From Betaproteobacteria bacterium (GTDB lineage: Bacteria > Pseudomonadota > Gammaproteobacteria > Burkholderiales > Burkholderiaceae_C), in NCBI GenBank assembly GCA_031428185.1, contig JANPOW010000248.1:1-45410 (forward strand): a stretch of 45,410 bases of DNA, written 5' to 3'. Made by a program: the position numbers and the translations under genes. Below, one piece after another: positions 10,101-18,796 of the stretch. The notes below the pieces were generated by a model. That model saw only the letters and a list, made by a program, of their open reading frames with translations, was not told the DNA's origin and made no database searches. The number at the start of each line of letters is the position of its first letter. The first letter of the stretch is position 1.

Positions 10101-10814
10101 GTGATCAACAAAATCGTGGCCACAGTGGCCGACGCCCTGGCCGACACAGCACACGGCGCCACCGTGATGATTGGCGGCTTTGGCACCGCCGGTATCCCCA
10201 ACGAATTGATTGACGGCCTGCTGCTGCAAGGCGCGCGCGATCTGGTCATCGTCAACAACAACGCCGGCAACGGCGACACCGGCCTGGCCGCGCTGCTGCA
10301 GGCCGGCCGGGTGCGCAAGATCATCTGCAGCTTTCCGCGCCAGGCCGACAGCCAGGTGTTTGATGCGCTGTACCGCAGCGGCAAGGTCGAGCTGGAGCTG
10401 GTGCCGCAAGGCAACCTGGCCGAGCGCATCCGCGCCGCCGGCGCCGGCATTGGTGCCTTCTTCACCCCCACCGGCTGCGGCACTGCGCTGGCCAGCGGCA
10501 AGGAGACGCGCGTGATCAACGGCCGCCCGCAGGTGCTGGAGCAGGCCCTGCACGGTGATCTGGCGCTGATCCGCGCCGAGCGTGGTGACCGCTGGGGCAA
10601 CCTGACCTACCGCAAAGCCGCGCGCAACTTCGGCCCGGTGATGGCCACCGCGTGCAGCACCACCGTGGCCACGGTGCATGAGATTGTTGAACTGGGCGCG
10701 CTGGACCCGGAGGTGGTGGTCACGCCCGGCGTTTACGTGCAGCGGGTGGTGCTGGTGCCGCGCCAGGCCACCCAGGCCGGTGGTTTTGCCGCATCAACCA
10801 CAAAGGCGGCTTGA
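10101..10814 (+). CDS. pcaI: 3-oxoadipate/3-oxoacid CoA-transferase subunit A
   Basis: GTG start after GGAG; VMIGGFGTAG, NNNAGNGDTG, ICSFPRQADS, PQGNLAERIRAAGAG. Confidence 0.9.
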   Translation: MINKIVATVADALADTAHGATVMIGGFGTAGIPNELIDGLLLQGARDLVIVNNNAGNGDTGLAALLQAGRVRKIICSFPRQADSQVFDALYRSGKVELELVPQGNLAERIRAAGAGIGAFFTPTGCGTALASGKETRVINGRPQVLEQALHGDLALIRAERGDRWGNLTYRKAARNFGPVMATACSTTVATVHEIVELGALDPEVVVTPGVYVQRVVLVPRQATQAGGFAASTTKAA

Positions 10815-10815
10815 C

Positions 10816-11457
10816 ATGGCTTACCAGAAACGCAGCAAAGACCAACTCGCCGCCCGCGTGGCCTTGGACATCTTCGAGGGTGCGGTGGTCAACCTGGGCA
10901 TCGGCATGCCCACGGCGGTGGCCAACCACATCCCGCCCAGCCGCGAAGTGTTGCTGCACAGTGAAAACGGCATCCTCGGCATGGGCCCGGCGCCGGCCGA
11001 GGGCGACGAGGACTACGACCTGATCAACGCCGGCAAACAGCCCGTCACGCTGCTGGCCGGCGGCAGTTACTTTCACCATGCCGACAGTTTTGGGCTGATG
11101 CGCGGTGGCCACCTGGACATCTGCGTGCTGGGCGCGTTTCAGGTGTCGGCCACCGGGGATCTGGCCAACTGGCACACCGGCGCGCCGGGTGCCATCCCCG
11201 CCGTGGGCGGCGCGATGGACCTGGCGGTGGGCGCCAAGCAAACCTGGGTGATGATGGATTTGCTGAGCAAACAAGGTGTGCCCAAGGTGGTGGCGGCCTG
11301 CAGCTACCCGCTCACCGGCGTGGCCTGCGTCAAACGCATCTACACCGACCTGGCCACCCTGGCCTGCACGCCGCAAGGTCTGCAGATCATTGACTTGGTG
11401 GACGGGCTGGACCACGCCACGCTGCAGGCCCTGCTCGGCTTGCCGGTGTTGCGCTGA
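10816..11457 (+). CDS. pcaJ: 3-oxoadipate/3-oxoacid CoA-transferase subunit B
   Basis: VNLGIGMPT, catalytic SENG, GGAMDLA, YPLTG. Confidence 0.9.
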   Translation: MAYQKRSKDQLAARVALDIFEGAVVNLGIGMPTAVANHIPPSREVLLHSENGILGMGPAPAEGDEDYDLINAGKQPVTLLAGGSYFHHADSFGLMRGGHLDICVLGAFQVSATGDLANWHTGAPGAIPAVGGAMDLAVGAKQTWVMMDLLSKQGVPKVVAACSYPLTGVACVKRIYTDLATLACTPQGLQIIDLVDGLDHATLQALLGLPVLR

Positions 11458-11466
11458 GCCGGCTGA

Positions 11467-12246
11467 CTACAGCGTGCGCTGATTGACCCGCGCCGCCAAC
11501 TGCTCAGCCGATTCACGCCGCTCGCTGTAGCGGTCGGTCAGGTAGGGCGCCACATCGCGCGTCAGCAGCGTGAACTTGACCAGCTCTTCCATCACGTCCA
11601 CCAGCCGGTCGTAAAACGCGGATGGCAGCATGCGGCCGGCGGCGTCAAACTCGGTAAAGGCCTTGGCGACTGAGGACTGGTTGGGGATGGTCAACATGCG
11701 CATCCAGCGGCCCAGGATGCGCAATTGGTTGACAGCGTTGAAGGATTGCGAGCCGCCCGAGACCTGCAGCAGCGCGAGTGTTTTGCCCTGGGTGGGCCTT
11801 TGGGCGCCGAGGGCCAGCGGGATCCAGTCGATCTGCGCTTTCATGATGCCGGTCATCGCGCCGTGGCGCTCGGGCGTGGACCACACCATGCCCTCGGCCC
11901 AGGTGGCTGCATTGCGCAACTCCTGCACCTTGGGGTGGCTGTCGGGCGCGGCGTCGGGCAGCGGCAGGCCGGTGGGATCAAACAAGCGCACTTCAGCCCC
12001 CATGGCCAGCAGCAACCGGCCGGCCTCTTGGGCCAACAGCCGGCTGTACGAGCGCTCACGCAGCGAGCCGTACAGCAGCAAAAAGCGCGGTGGGTGCGGG
12101 CTGGGCGCGGCTGTGGCCAGCCGCGCCAGGCGGGGGATGTTGAACAGTGCGCGGTCGAGGTTGGGCAGGCTGGTGTCAGCAAGCAGGCCGGCGCCGTTGA
12201 GCATGGCTGCGCCTGGGGCATCAGGCTTGGACTCAAGGCTGGACAC
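11467..12246 (-). CDS. arsH: Arsenical resistance NADPH-dependent FMN reductase ArsH
   Basis: [53 protein letters not shown]; start uncertain (GTG 12246 or ATG 12204). Confidence 0.95.
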   Translation of the reverse strand: MSSLESKPDAPGAAMLNGAGLLADTSLPNLDRALFNIPRLARLATAAPSPHPPRFLLLYGSLRERSYSRLLAQEAGRLLLAMGAEVRLFDPTGLPLPDAAPDSHPKVQELRNAATWAEGMVWSTPERHGAMTGIMKAQIDWIPLALGAQRPTQGKTLALLQVSGGSQSFNAVNQLRILGRWMRMLTIPNQSSVAKAFTEFDAAGRMLPSAFYDRLVDVMEELVKFTLLTRDVAPYLTDRYSERRESAEQLAARVNQRTL

Positions 12247-12670
12247 GGCGGCCCTCCGCATCCACCAGCGCTGTGCCGTCTTCCTTGTTGAGCGCCCCGC
12301 GCTGCGGTGTGGGCAGGATGTCCAGCACCACCTCGGATGGCCGGCACAGCCGGGTGCCCAGCGGTGTCACCACGATGGGCCGGATGATCAGGATGGGGTG
12401 GGCCAGCATGTGGTCTATCAACTGGTCGTCACTCAGGCCCGGGTCGTCGAGTTGCAATGCGTCATACGGCGTGCCTTTGCGGCGCAGCAGCGCCCGCACC
12501 GGCAGGCCCAGCGCGGCAATCAGGCCTTGCAGCGTGGCGCGGCTGGGCGGTTGGTCCAGGTAGGGGATGACCAGCGGCTGCGCGCCGCTGTTGCGAATCA
12601 GCGCCAGCACATTGCGCGAGGTGCCGCAAGCCGGGTTGTGGAAGATGGTGATGGTGTGGCTGCTGCTCAT
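12233..12670 (-). CDS. arsC: Glutaredoxin-dependent arsenate reductase
   Basis: [10 protein letters not shown] catalytic loop, [17 protein letters not shown]. Confidence 0.95.
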   Translation of the reverse strand: MSSSHTITIFHNPACGTSRNVLALIRNSGAQPLVIPYLDQPPSRATLQGLIAALGLPVRALLRRKGTPYDALQLDDPGLSDDQLIDHMLAHPILIIRPIVVTPLGTRLCRPSEVVLDILPTPQRGALNKEDGTALVDAEGRRVQP

Positions 12671-13824
12671 GGTCGCTGGGCTGGGCTGTTGACGGGTGTG
12701 GCGGGTATTGCGGCTATTGCGGGTATGGCGGGTATGGCGCCGGCGGGTTGGCCCCTGGCATACCAGGCTGTGCTGGCATTCACCACCTTGACCACCAGCA
12801 GCATCACCGGCACCTCGATCAGCACCCCCACCACGGTGGCCAGCGCGGCGCCGGACTCAAACCCGAACAGGCTGATGGCCGCCGCCACCGCCAGCTCAAA
12901 AAAGTTGCTGGCGGCTATCAGCGCCGACGGGCCGGCCACGTTGTGCGCCTCACCCAGCCGGCGGTTCAGCCAGTAGGCCAGCGCGGACGTGCCCAGCACC
13001 TGGATCAGGATGGGCACGGCCAGCATCGCGATCACCAGCGGCTGTTGCAGGATGGCCTGGCCCTGGAAGGCAAACAGCAGCACCAGCGTGGCCAGCAGTG
13101 CGCTGATCGACCAGGGGCCGAGGCGCAGCAGCAGCGCGTCCAGCGCGGGCTGGCCGGTTTGCAGCACAACTGCCCGCCAGGCCTGGGCCAGCAGCACCGG
13201 CAGCACGATGTAGAGCAGCACCGAGGTTGCCAGCGTGGCCCACGGCACCACGATGGCCGACAAGCCCAACAGCAGCGCCACGATGGGCGCAAAGGCAAAC
13301 ACCATGATGGCGTCATTCAAGGCCACCTGCGACAGCGTGAACAGCGGGTGGCCACCGGTCAGCCGGCTCCAGACAAACACCATGGCTGTGCAGGGCGCCG
13401 CGGCCAGCAGGATCAGGCCGGCCACATAACTGTCAGCCTGTGCGGCCGGCAACCAGGGCGCAAACACATGGCGCACAAAAACCCAGCCCAGCAACGCCAT
13501 TGAAAACGGTTTGACCGCCCAGTTGACAAACAGCGTGACGCCAATGCCGCGCCAGTGCTGGCCCACCTGGCCCAGTGCCTTGAAATCCACCCGCAACAGC
13601 ATCGGGATCACCATCACCCAGATCAGCAGGCCCACCGGCAGGTTGACCTGGGCAATCTCCATCCGGCCCACCGCCTGGAACACCCCCGGCAGCCACTGGC
13701 CGAGCGCAATGCCCACCACGATGCAGGCCGCCACCCAGACGCTGAGATAGCGCTCAAACAGCGACATGGGTGCGGGCAGCGGCAGGGCAGCGGCTGGGGG
13801 CTGAGGCAAGCGAGCGGGTTGCAT
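12667..13824 (-). CDS. acr3: ACR3-family arsenite efflux transporter
   Basis: FERYLSVWV, NWAVKPFSM, AAPCTAMVFVWS, SNFFELAVA, GVLIEVPVML; start at ATG 13824 or 13767 (the ORF-track N-terminus is repeat-derived). Confidence 0.95.
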   Translation of the reverse strand: MQPARLPQPPAAALPLPAPMSLFERYLSVWVAACIVVGIALGQWLPGVFQAVGRMEIAQVNLPVGLLIWVMVIPMLLRVDFKALGQVGQHWRGIGVTLFVNWAVKPFSMALLGWVFVRHVFAPWLPAAQADSYVAGLILLAAAPCTAMVFVWSRLTGGHPLFTLSQVALNDAIMVFAFAPIVALLLGLSAIVVPWATLATSVLLYIVLPVLLAQAWRAVVLQTGQPALDALLLRLGPWSISALLATLVLLFAFQGQAILQQPLVIAMLAVPILIQVLGTSALAYWLNRRLGEAHNVAGPSALIAASNFFELAVAAAISLFGFESGAALATVVGVLIEVPVMLLVVKVVNASTAWYARGQPAGAIPAIPAIAAIPATPVNSPAQRP

Positions 13825-13830
13825 GGGTTC

Positions 13831-13976
13831 GGTGTTGGGTATTGGGTATTGGGTATTGGGTATCGGGACATCGGGATATCGGGATATCGGGGTATCGGGG
13901 TATCGGGGTATCGGGGTTTCGGGACATCGAGAGATCGGGACATCGGGACATCGGGACATCGGGACATCGGGTATTG
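13831..13976. repeat. Compound tandem repeat of 7-mer GGTATTG-type and 8-mer GGACATCG/GGATATCG/GGGTATCG-type units
   Basis: Five 7-mers, thirteen 8-mers and one 7-mer, counted by eye, between arsR and acr3. Confidence 0.95.
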
Positions 13977-13988
13977 GATGGCGGGTGG

Positions 13989-14342
13989 TCAGCCGGTGCT
14001 GCAGTGCTGTGGCATGCCAGCGCCGCAGGCCTCGGGGATTTGGCCGGCAACCGCATCCATGGCGTTGCAGCAGTGCGCAGTCAGGTAGCTGACCAGCGCA
14101 TTGATCTGGCCGAGTGAGGGGCGGTAGATCAAGCTGCGGCCGTCGCGCTGTTGGGTCACCAGCCCGGCATGCAGCAAGGCTTTGAGGTGAAACGACAGGG
14201 TGGACGCCGGCATGCCCAAGGTGGCAGACAAGGCGCCGGGTGTCAGCCCCGTGGGGCCGGCACCCACCAGTGCGCGCACTACACGCAAGCGCATGTTTTG
14301 CGCCAGCGCTGCCAAGCTTGCCACCGCCAGGTTTTCATCCAT
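13989..14342 (-). CDS. arsR: ArsR-family repressor with C-terminal vicinal CC arsenite site
   Basis: LAALAQNMRLRVVRAL, STLSFHLKAL HTH, RDGRSLIY, YLTAHCC; alternative ATG at 14354. Confidence 0.92.
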   Translation of the reverse strand: MDENLAVASLAALAQNMRLRVVRALVGAGPTGLTPGALSATLGMPASTLSFHLKALLHAGLVTQQRDGRSLIYRPSLGQINALVSYLTAHCCNAMDAVAGQIPEACGAGMPQHCSTG

Positions 14343-14370
14343 TTCAGCAGCCATCAAGCACCTGTTGAAT

Positions 14371-14388
14371 ATTCCACGATAGTGGAAT
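14371..14388. promoter_or_regulatory. Putative ArsR operator
   Basis: Perfect IR ATTCCAC-GATA-GTGGAAT just upstream of arsR, overlapping the end of a minus-strand TATCAT -10-like hexamer. Confidence 0.7.
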
Positions 14389-14444
14389 GATAGAACAGTT
14401 TTGGTGACAGGCCTGTGTCGGCGCAGGCGGTGCGGGCCACTACA

Positions 14445-15569
14445 TCACATCAGCGCCACGCCCTTGATCTGGGCATACAAGGCATCACCAGCCCGCAGCG
14501 CCAGCGCATCGGCGCTGCGGCGGGTGATGCGCGCCAGCAGTTGCACGGGCGGTGCCGGAGCGTCAGCGCGGCTGCCTGGCCCGGCCACCTGCAGGTGCAG
14601 CAGCACGGTGTGCGCTTGGCCCTGCAGCGCCAGCAGGCGCACCGGCAGCACGTTGAGCACACTGGTCTGCTGCGGCAACTGCCGGGTGACGCTGACATCG
14701 CGCGCCAGCACCCGCGCCCGCACGGCCTGGCCAGGTTGCACTGCTGCTGCGCCCAGCCACAGCGCGCCACCGGCAAAGCGCACACGCGACAAGCCGTAGG
14801 CGGCATCGTGCCGGTCCAGCGTGGCGTGGATCACCACGCCGGCATCGTCCAGCTTGGCCAGTGGCAGGTCCGTGCGGGCCAACACCTCGGCCAGCGGGCC
14901 GGCGGCCAGCACACGGCCGGCGTCCAGCAGCACCAGGTGGTCGGCCAGCCGGGCCACCTCGTCCAGCGCGTGGGTGACGTAGACGATGGGCAGTGCCAGG
15001 TGGCGTTGCAGGCGCTCCAGATAGGGCAGGATTTCGGCCTTGCGGGCGGCGTCCAGCGCGGCCAGTGGCTCGTCCATCAACAGCAGGCGGGGGGCGCTGG
15101 CCAGCGCGCGGGCAATGGCCACACGTTGGCGCTCACCGCCGGACAGGGTGGCGGGCCAGCGGTCCATCAGGTGCTTGATGCCCAGCAGGGTGATCACCTG
15201 GTCCAGCGCCAGGCTGGGGTCGGTGGTGGCGGCCGTGGCCCGGGCCGCAGCGCTGCGGCGGCGGCCGTAGTCCAGGTTGGCGCGCACCCGCAGGTGGGGG
15301 AATAACACCGACTCCTGGATCACATAACCCAGCGGCCGCTGGTGCGTGGGCAGCCAGCGGCCGGTGGCATCGTCTTGCCACACGTCCGCGCTGTCACTGC
15401 CGATCGCCACCCGGCCGGCCGCGCGGTCCAGGCCGGCCAGGGCGCGCAGCACACTGGTCTTGCCGCAGCCCGATGGCCCGAACAGCGCGGTGATGCCGCT
15501 GGGCGGCAGTTGCAGCGCCACGTCCAGCGTGAAGTTGGGGCGCTTGAGCGCCAGCGTGGCCTGCAGCAT
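14445..15569 (-). CDS. modC: Molybdate ABC transporter ATP-binding protein
   Basis: GPSGCGKT, LSGGERQRVAIARAL, MDEPLAALD, C-terminal TOBE-like SVLNVL and YAQIKGVAL. Confidence 0.95.
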   Translation of the reverse strand: MLQATLALKRPNFTLDVALQLPPSGITALFGPSGCGKTSVLRALAGLDRAAGRVAIGSDSADVWQDDATGRWLPTHQRPLGYVIQESVLFPHLRVRANLDYGRRRSAAARATAATTDPSLALDQVITLLGIKHLMDRWPATLSGGERQRVAIARALASAPRLLLMDEPLAALDAARKAEILPYLERLQRHLALPIVYVTHALDEVARLADHLVLLDAGRVLAAGPLAEVLARTDLPLAKLDDAGVVIHATLDRHDAAYGLSRVRFAGGALWLGAAAVQPGQAVRARVLARDVSVTRQLPQQTSVLNVLPVRLLALQGQAHTVLLHLQVAGPGSRADAPAPPVQLLARITRRSADALALRAGDALYAQIKGVALM

Positions 15570-16252
15570 CAGGCGGTATGGCCCAGCGCCGGCCGGGCGC
15601 GGTTGGCGGCATACAGCGCCAGCAGCACCAGCAGTGCAAACACCACCATGCCAGCGGCCAATTGGTGGGCCTGGGCAAACTCGGCCGCCTCCACATGCTC
15701 GTACAGCGCCACCGACAACACCCGGGTCTGGCCCGGGATGTTGCCGCCCACCATCAGCACCACGCCAAACTCACCCACGGTGTGGGCAAAGCCCAGCACG
15801 CTGGCCGTCACCAGGCCGGGCCGGGCCAGCGGCAGCGCGATGCTGAAAAACCGGTCCAGCGGCGCGGCGCGCAGGGTGGCGGCGGCCTCCAGCAGGCGCT
15901 CGGGGATGGCCTCAAACGCCTGCTGCAGCGGCTGCACCACAAACGGCAGGCTGTACAACACTGACGCCACCACCAGCCCGGCAAAGGTGAAGGGCAGCCG
16001 GCCCAGCCCCAGCCACTGGGTGAACTGCCCCACCGCACCCTGCGGCCCCATCAGCAGCAGCAGGTAAAAGCCGATCACGGTGGGCGGCAGCACCAGCGGC
16101 ATGGTCACCAGCGCGGTGGCCAGCGGTTTGAGCGGTGAGCGGGTGCGCGCCAGCCACCAGGCCAGCGGTGTGCCCAGCAGCAGCAGCAGCACGGTGCTGC
16201 AGGCCGCCAGTTGCGCGGTCAGGCGGAGCAGGACCCAGGTGCTGTCGGTCAT
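15569..16252 (-). CDS. modB: Molybdate ABC transporter permease
   Basis: PLVLPPTVIGFYLL, LEAAATL, FAHTVGEFGVVLMVGGNIPG. Confidence 0.95.
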   Translation of the reverse strand: MTDSTWVLLRLTAQLAACSTVLLLLLGTPLAWWLARTRSPLKPLATALVTMPLVLPPTVIGFYLLLLMGPQGAVGQFTQWLGLGRLPFTFAGLVVASVLYSLPFVVQPLQQAFEAIPERLLEAAATLRAAPLDRFFSIALPLARPGLVTASVLGFAHTVGEFGVVLMVGGNIPGQTRVLSVALYEHVEAAEFAQAHQLAAGMVVFALLVLLALYAANRARPALGHTA

Positions 16253-16279
16253 GGGCTGCGGGGCATGTTCAGCAGCAGC

Positions 16280-17038
16280 TCATGGGCGGTAACCATGTTG
16301 CGTGATCAGTGCCTTGGCCGCTGCAGTTTGCAGGTAGGCCAGCAGCGCCGCAGCGGCGGCTTGCTGCGCTGCGGGCTTGTTGAGCAGCACCGCGTCCTGG
16401 CGGATGGTGCCGTACAGATTGGCGGGTATGCGCCAGTGCGATCCGGCGCTGGGCCGGCCGGGCTGCAGCACCTGTGACAGCGCCACAAAACCCAGCTCGG
16501 CGTTGCCCGTGGCCACAAACTGGTAGGCCTGCGCAATGCTGTCGCCCATCACCAACTGGGGCGCCAGCGCCTTGTCCAGCCCTTTGGCCTGCAGCACCTG
16601 CAAGGCGGCCTGGCCATAGGGTGCCAGCTTGGGGTTGGCGATGGCCAGTTTGTTGAAACGGCCACTGGCCAGCACCGCGCCTTGTGCGTCCACCAGGCCG
16701 GGCTGGGCGCTCCACAACACCAGCTCACCGGTGGCGTAGGTGATGGTGCTGCCGGCCACCGCGTGGCCGCTGTTGATCAGTTTTTGCGGGGTTTGGGCGT
16801 CGGCGGCCAGCAGCACATCAAACGGCGCACCGGCCATGATCTGGCTGGCCAGCTTGCCGCTGGACCCGGCTGACAGCCGCAGCGTATGCCCGGTGGCGGC
16901 GGTAAAACCGGGCGCCAGCGCCGCCAGCGTGGTGCTGAAGTTGGCGGCCACGGCCACCGCCACCACATCGGCGTGGCTGATGGGCGGGTGCAGCAGCAAC
17001 AAGGCAAACAGGGCAGCGCTGATGGGTTTCATCGGCAT
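16280..17038 (-). CDS. modA: Molybdate-binding periplasmic protein
   Basis: Signal peptide, VAVAANF, GSSGKL, GAPFD, IANPKLAPYG, GFVALSQ. Confidence 0.95.
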   Translation of the reverse strand: MPMKPISAALFALLLLHPPISHADVVAVAVAANFSTTLAALAPGFTAATGHTLRLSAGSSGKLASQIMAGAPFDVLLAADAQTPQKLINSGHAVAGSTITYATGELVLWSAQPGLVDAQGAVLASGRFNKLAIANPKLAPYGQAALQVLQAKGLDKALAPQLVMGDSIAQAYQFVATGNAELGFVALSQVLQPGRPSAGSHWRIPANLYGTIRQDAVLLNKPAAQQAAAAALLAYLQTAAAKALITQHGYRP

Positions 17039-17895
17039 CAATCCAGCATGGCCAGGATCACGCTGGATGGCGCAAACATGGCGCAGGCGGCTTGGCCTGA
17101 CCGCAGGCCGGCCAGGCCCGCGGTGGCGAGTGTGGTGTTGGGCAGCACGGCGGTGGCGCTGTGGCCGGCGCCCAGGTCCAGCGTCACCTCAGTGCCCTGT
17201 GCGCCAGCTGCCACGTGCTGCACCGTGCCCTGCAATTGGTTGGGATGCGTGGCTGGCGGCGTGCCGGCCGGCAGCAATTGCAGCGCTGGCGCCTTGACCA
17301 GCAGCACCACCGCGCTGCCGATGGTCAGCGCCAACTGGCTGGCGGATTGGGCGGTGATGCTGGCCAGCAGCGGCGGGCTGCCGGCCAGGCCGGCGACCTG
17401 CACCCGCACCGCCACCTGCGTCGGGCCGGCGTCCAGCGCGGTGACCGTGCCGCTGAACTGGTTGCGGGCGCTGGTGCGCAGCGTGCTGCGGCGCAGCAGG
17501 CGCTGGAAGGCCTGCACATCGCCCACCGGGGTGTGTGCAAACTGGCCGGCCAGGTGGTCCAGCGCGGCCTGATATTGGGCGTGCACGGCGTGGTACATGG
17601 CCAGCAGGCGGCGGCCGTGCTCGGTCAACACCGTGCCGCCACCGGCCCGGCCACCGGCCGAGCGCTGCACCAGCGGCTGGTCGGCCAGGCTGTTCATCGC
17701 GTCCACCGCGTCCCAGGCCGCTTTGTAGGACAACGGCACATGCGGCGCGGCTTGCGAAATCGAGCCGTGCCGGTCAATCGCCTCCAGCAGGCGCACCCGG
17801 GTGTGGCCCAGAAATACACCTTGCGCGGTGCTGACCTCCAGCCGGCCGGTGAGGTGGGTGTTGGGGGCTTTGCCTGAGGGTGCAGATGACGCCAT
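17038..17895 (-). CDS. modE: Molybdate-responsive regulator ModE
   Basis: LLEAIDRHGSISQAA, SYKAAWDAVDAMN, GGGTVLT, TSARNQF mop domain; ATG at 17895. Confidence 0.93.
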   Translation of the reverse strand: MASSAPSGKAPNTHLTGRLEVSTAQGVFLGHTRVRLLEAIDRHGSISQAAPHVPLSYKAAWDAVDAMNSLADQPLVQRSAGGRAGGGTVLTEHGRRLLAMYHAVHAQYQAALDHLAGQFAHTPVGDVQAFQRLLRRSTLRTSARNQFSGTVTALDAGPTQVAVRVQVAGLAGSPPLLASITAQSASQLALTIGSAVVLLVKAPALQLLPAGTPPATHPNQLQGTVQHVAAGAQGTEVTLDLGAGHSATAVLPNTTLATAGLAGLRSGQAACAMFAPSSVILAMLD

Positions 17896-17913
17896 ATTGC
17901 AATCAATATAGCG
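17890..17913. promoter_or_regulatory. ModE-type operator
   Basis: CGCCATATTG-CAAT-CAATATAGCG, a 10-bp IR with one mismatch resembling the CGnTATAT...ATATAnCG ModE box; overlaps the modE start codon. Confidence 0.75.
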
Positions 17914-17935
17914 CATGGACGCTGGGTGGCCGGCA

Positions 17936-17995
17936 GTGCGTCGGTTGTGCGTCGGTTGTGTGTCGGTAGTGCGTCGGCAGTGCGTCGGTTGTGCG
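17936..17995. repeat. 11-bp tandem repeat GTGCGTCGGTT, about 5.5 copies
   Basis: Units start at 17936, 17947, 17958, 17969, 17980 with 0-2 mismatches. Confidence 0.9.
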
Positions 17996-18045
17996 GGCCG
18001 GCAGATAGGATCAAAAGACCAGCCATGCATTGGAGAACGCCTGTG

Positions 18046-18522
18046 ATGCCCAAAAACACGATCTGTCTTTGGTACCACGGCAACGCGCTGGACGCCGCGG
18101 CGTTTTATGCCAAGACCTTCCCGGACAGCGCGGTGGGCACCGTCTACCGCGCGCCTGGCGACTATCCGGCGGGCAAGCAGGGCGATGTCTTGACGGTCGA
18201 GTTCACCGTGATGGGTATCCCGTGTCTCGGCCTGAACGGTGGCCCTGCGGTCAAGCACAGCGAGGCTTTTTCGTTCCAGGTTGCGACGGACGATCAGGCC
18301 GAAACCGACCGCTTGTGGGCCGCGATTGTGGGCAACGGCGGCCAGGAAAGCGCCTGCGGCTGGTGCAAGGACAAGTGGGGCTTGTCGTGGCAGATCACGC
18401 CACGCGCCCTCAGTGCCGCCATCGCCGATCCGGATCGCGCCGCTGCCAAACGCGCTTTCGAGGCGATGATGCAGATGGGAAAAATCAACATCGCAGCGAT
18501 TGAAGCGGCCCGGCGGGGCTGA
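18046..18522 (+). CDS. VOC/PhnB-like protein (3-demethylubiquinone-9 3-methyltransferase family annotation)
   Basis: TICLWY, VLTVEFT, LNGGP, EAFSFQV, CGWCKDKWGLSWQITP; GGAG RBS. Confidence 0.92.
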   Translation: MPKNTICLWYHGNALDAAAFYAKTFPDSAVGTVYRAPGDYPAGKQGDVLTVEFTVMGIPCLGLNGGPAVKHSEAFSFQVATDDQAETDRLWAAIVGNGGQESACGWCKDKWGLSWQITPRALSAAIADPDRAAAKRAFEAMMQMGKINIAAIEAARRG

Positions 18523-18692
18523 CATTCAGCAGCCGGCACGGGCTCACCGGCGCGATGTGCCGTGCCGCCGCTTCGGCCAGGCCGGCACCGGCGTCATGCA
18601 GTTCAAGCGCGGTCTGTCGGGTTGCGCAACCGCGCCATTGATCCCGGCTGTGCCGCGCGGCGAGGCTGTGTCCATCGTTGTCACCAGAAGCA

Positions 18693-18763
18693 TGCTGTCG
18701 TGTGGTCGTGCTGTCCTGCTGTCCCTGCTGTCGTGCTGTCGTGCTGTCGTGCAGCGTGCAGCG
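18693..18763. repeat. Degenerate 8-bp tandem repeat TGCTGTCG grading into TGCAGCG
   Basis: About 7 TGCTGTCG-like units, then 2 TGCAGCG units, between convergent genes. Confidence 0.85.
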
Positions 18764-18796
18764 TGGCGTGCAGGCCGTGCGCGGCAAGCACGCCGG

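Noticed and set aside
8034-10679. 881-aa minus-strand ORF as a real gene
   Set aside because: Mostly antisense to the M81 peptidase and pcaI; only 9567-9962 carries MFS-like sequence
13831-13976. CRISPR array or repeat protein (SRCPD/PRYPD ORFs)
   Set aside because: Units are 7-8 bp with no unique spacers and no cas genes; the ORFs are read-through of the VNTR
16249-16283. Tiny ORFs MSCC and MPRSP between modA and modB
   Set aside because: Too short to distinguish from chance
11467-17895. ars plus mod adjacency as an arsenite-oxidase island
   Set aside because: No aio, arr or other molybdoenzyme gene in the window
17896-18525. 210-aa N-terminal extension of ModE
   Set aside because: Antisense to the VOC gene and runs across the repeat and operator
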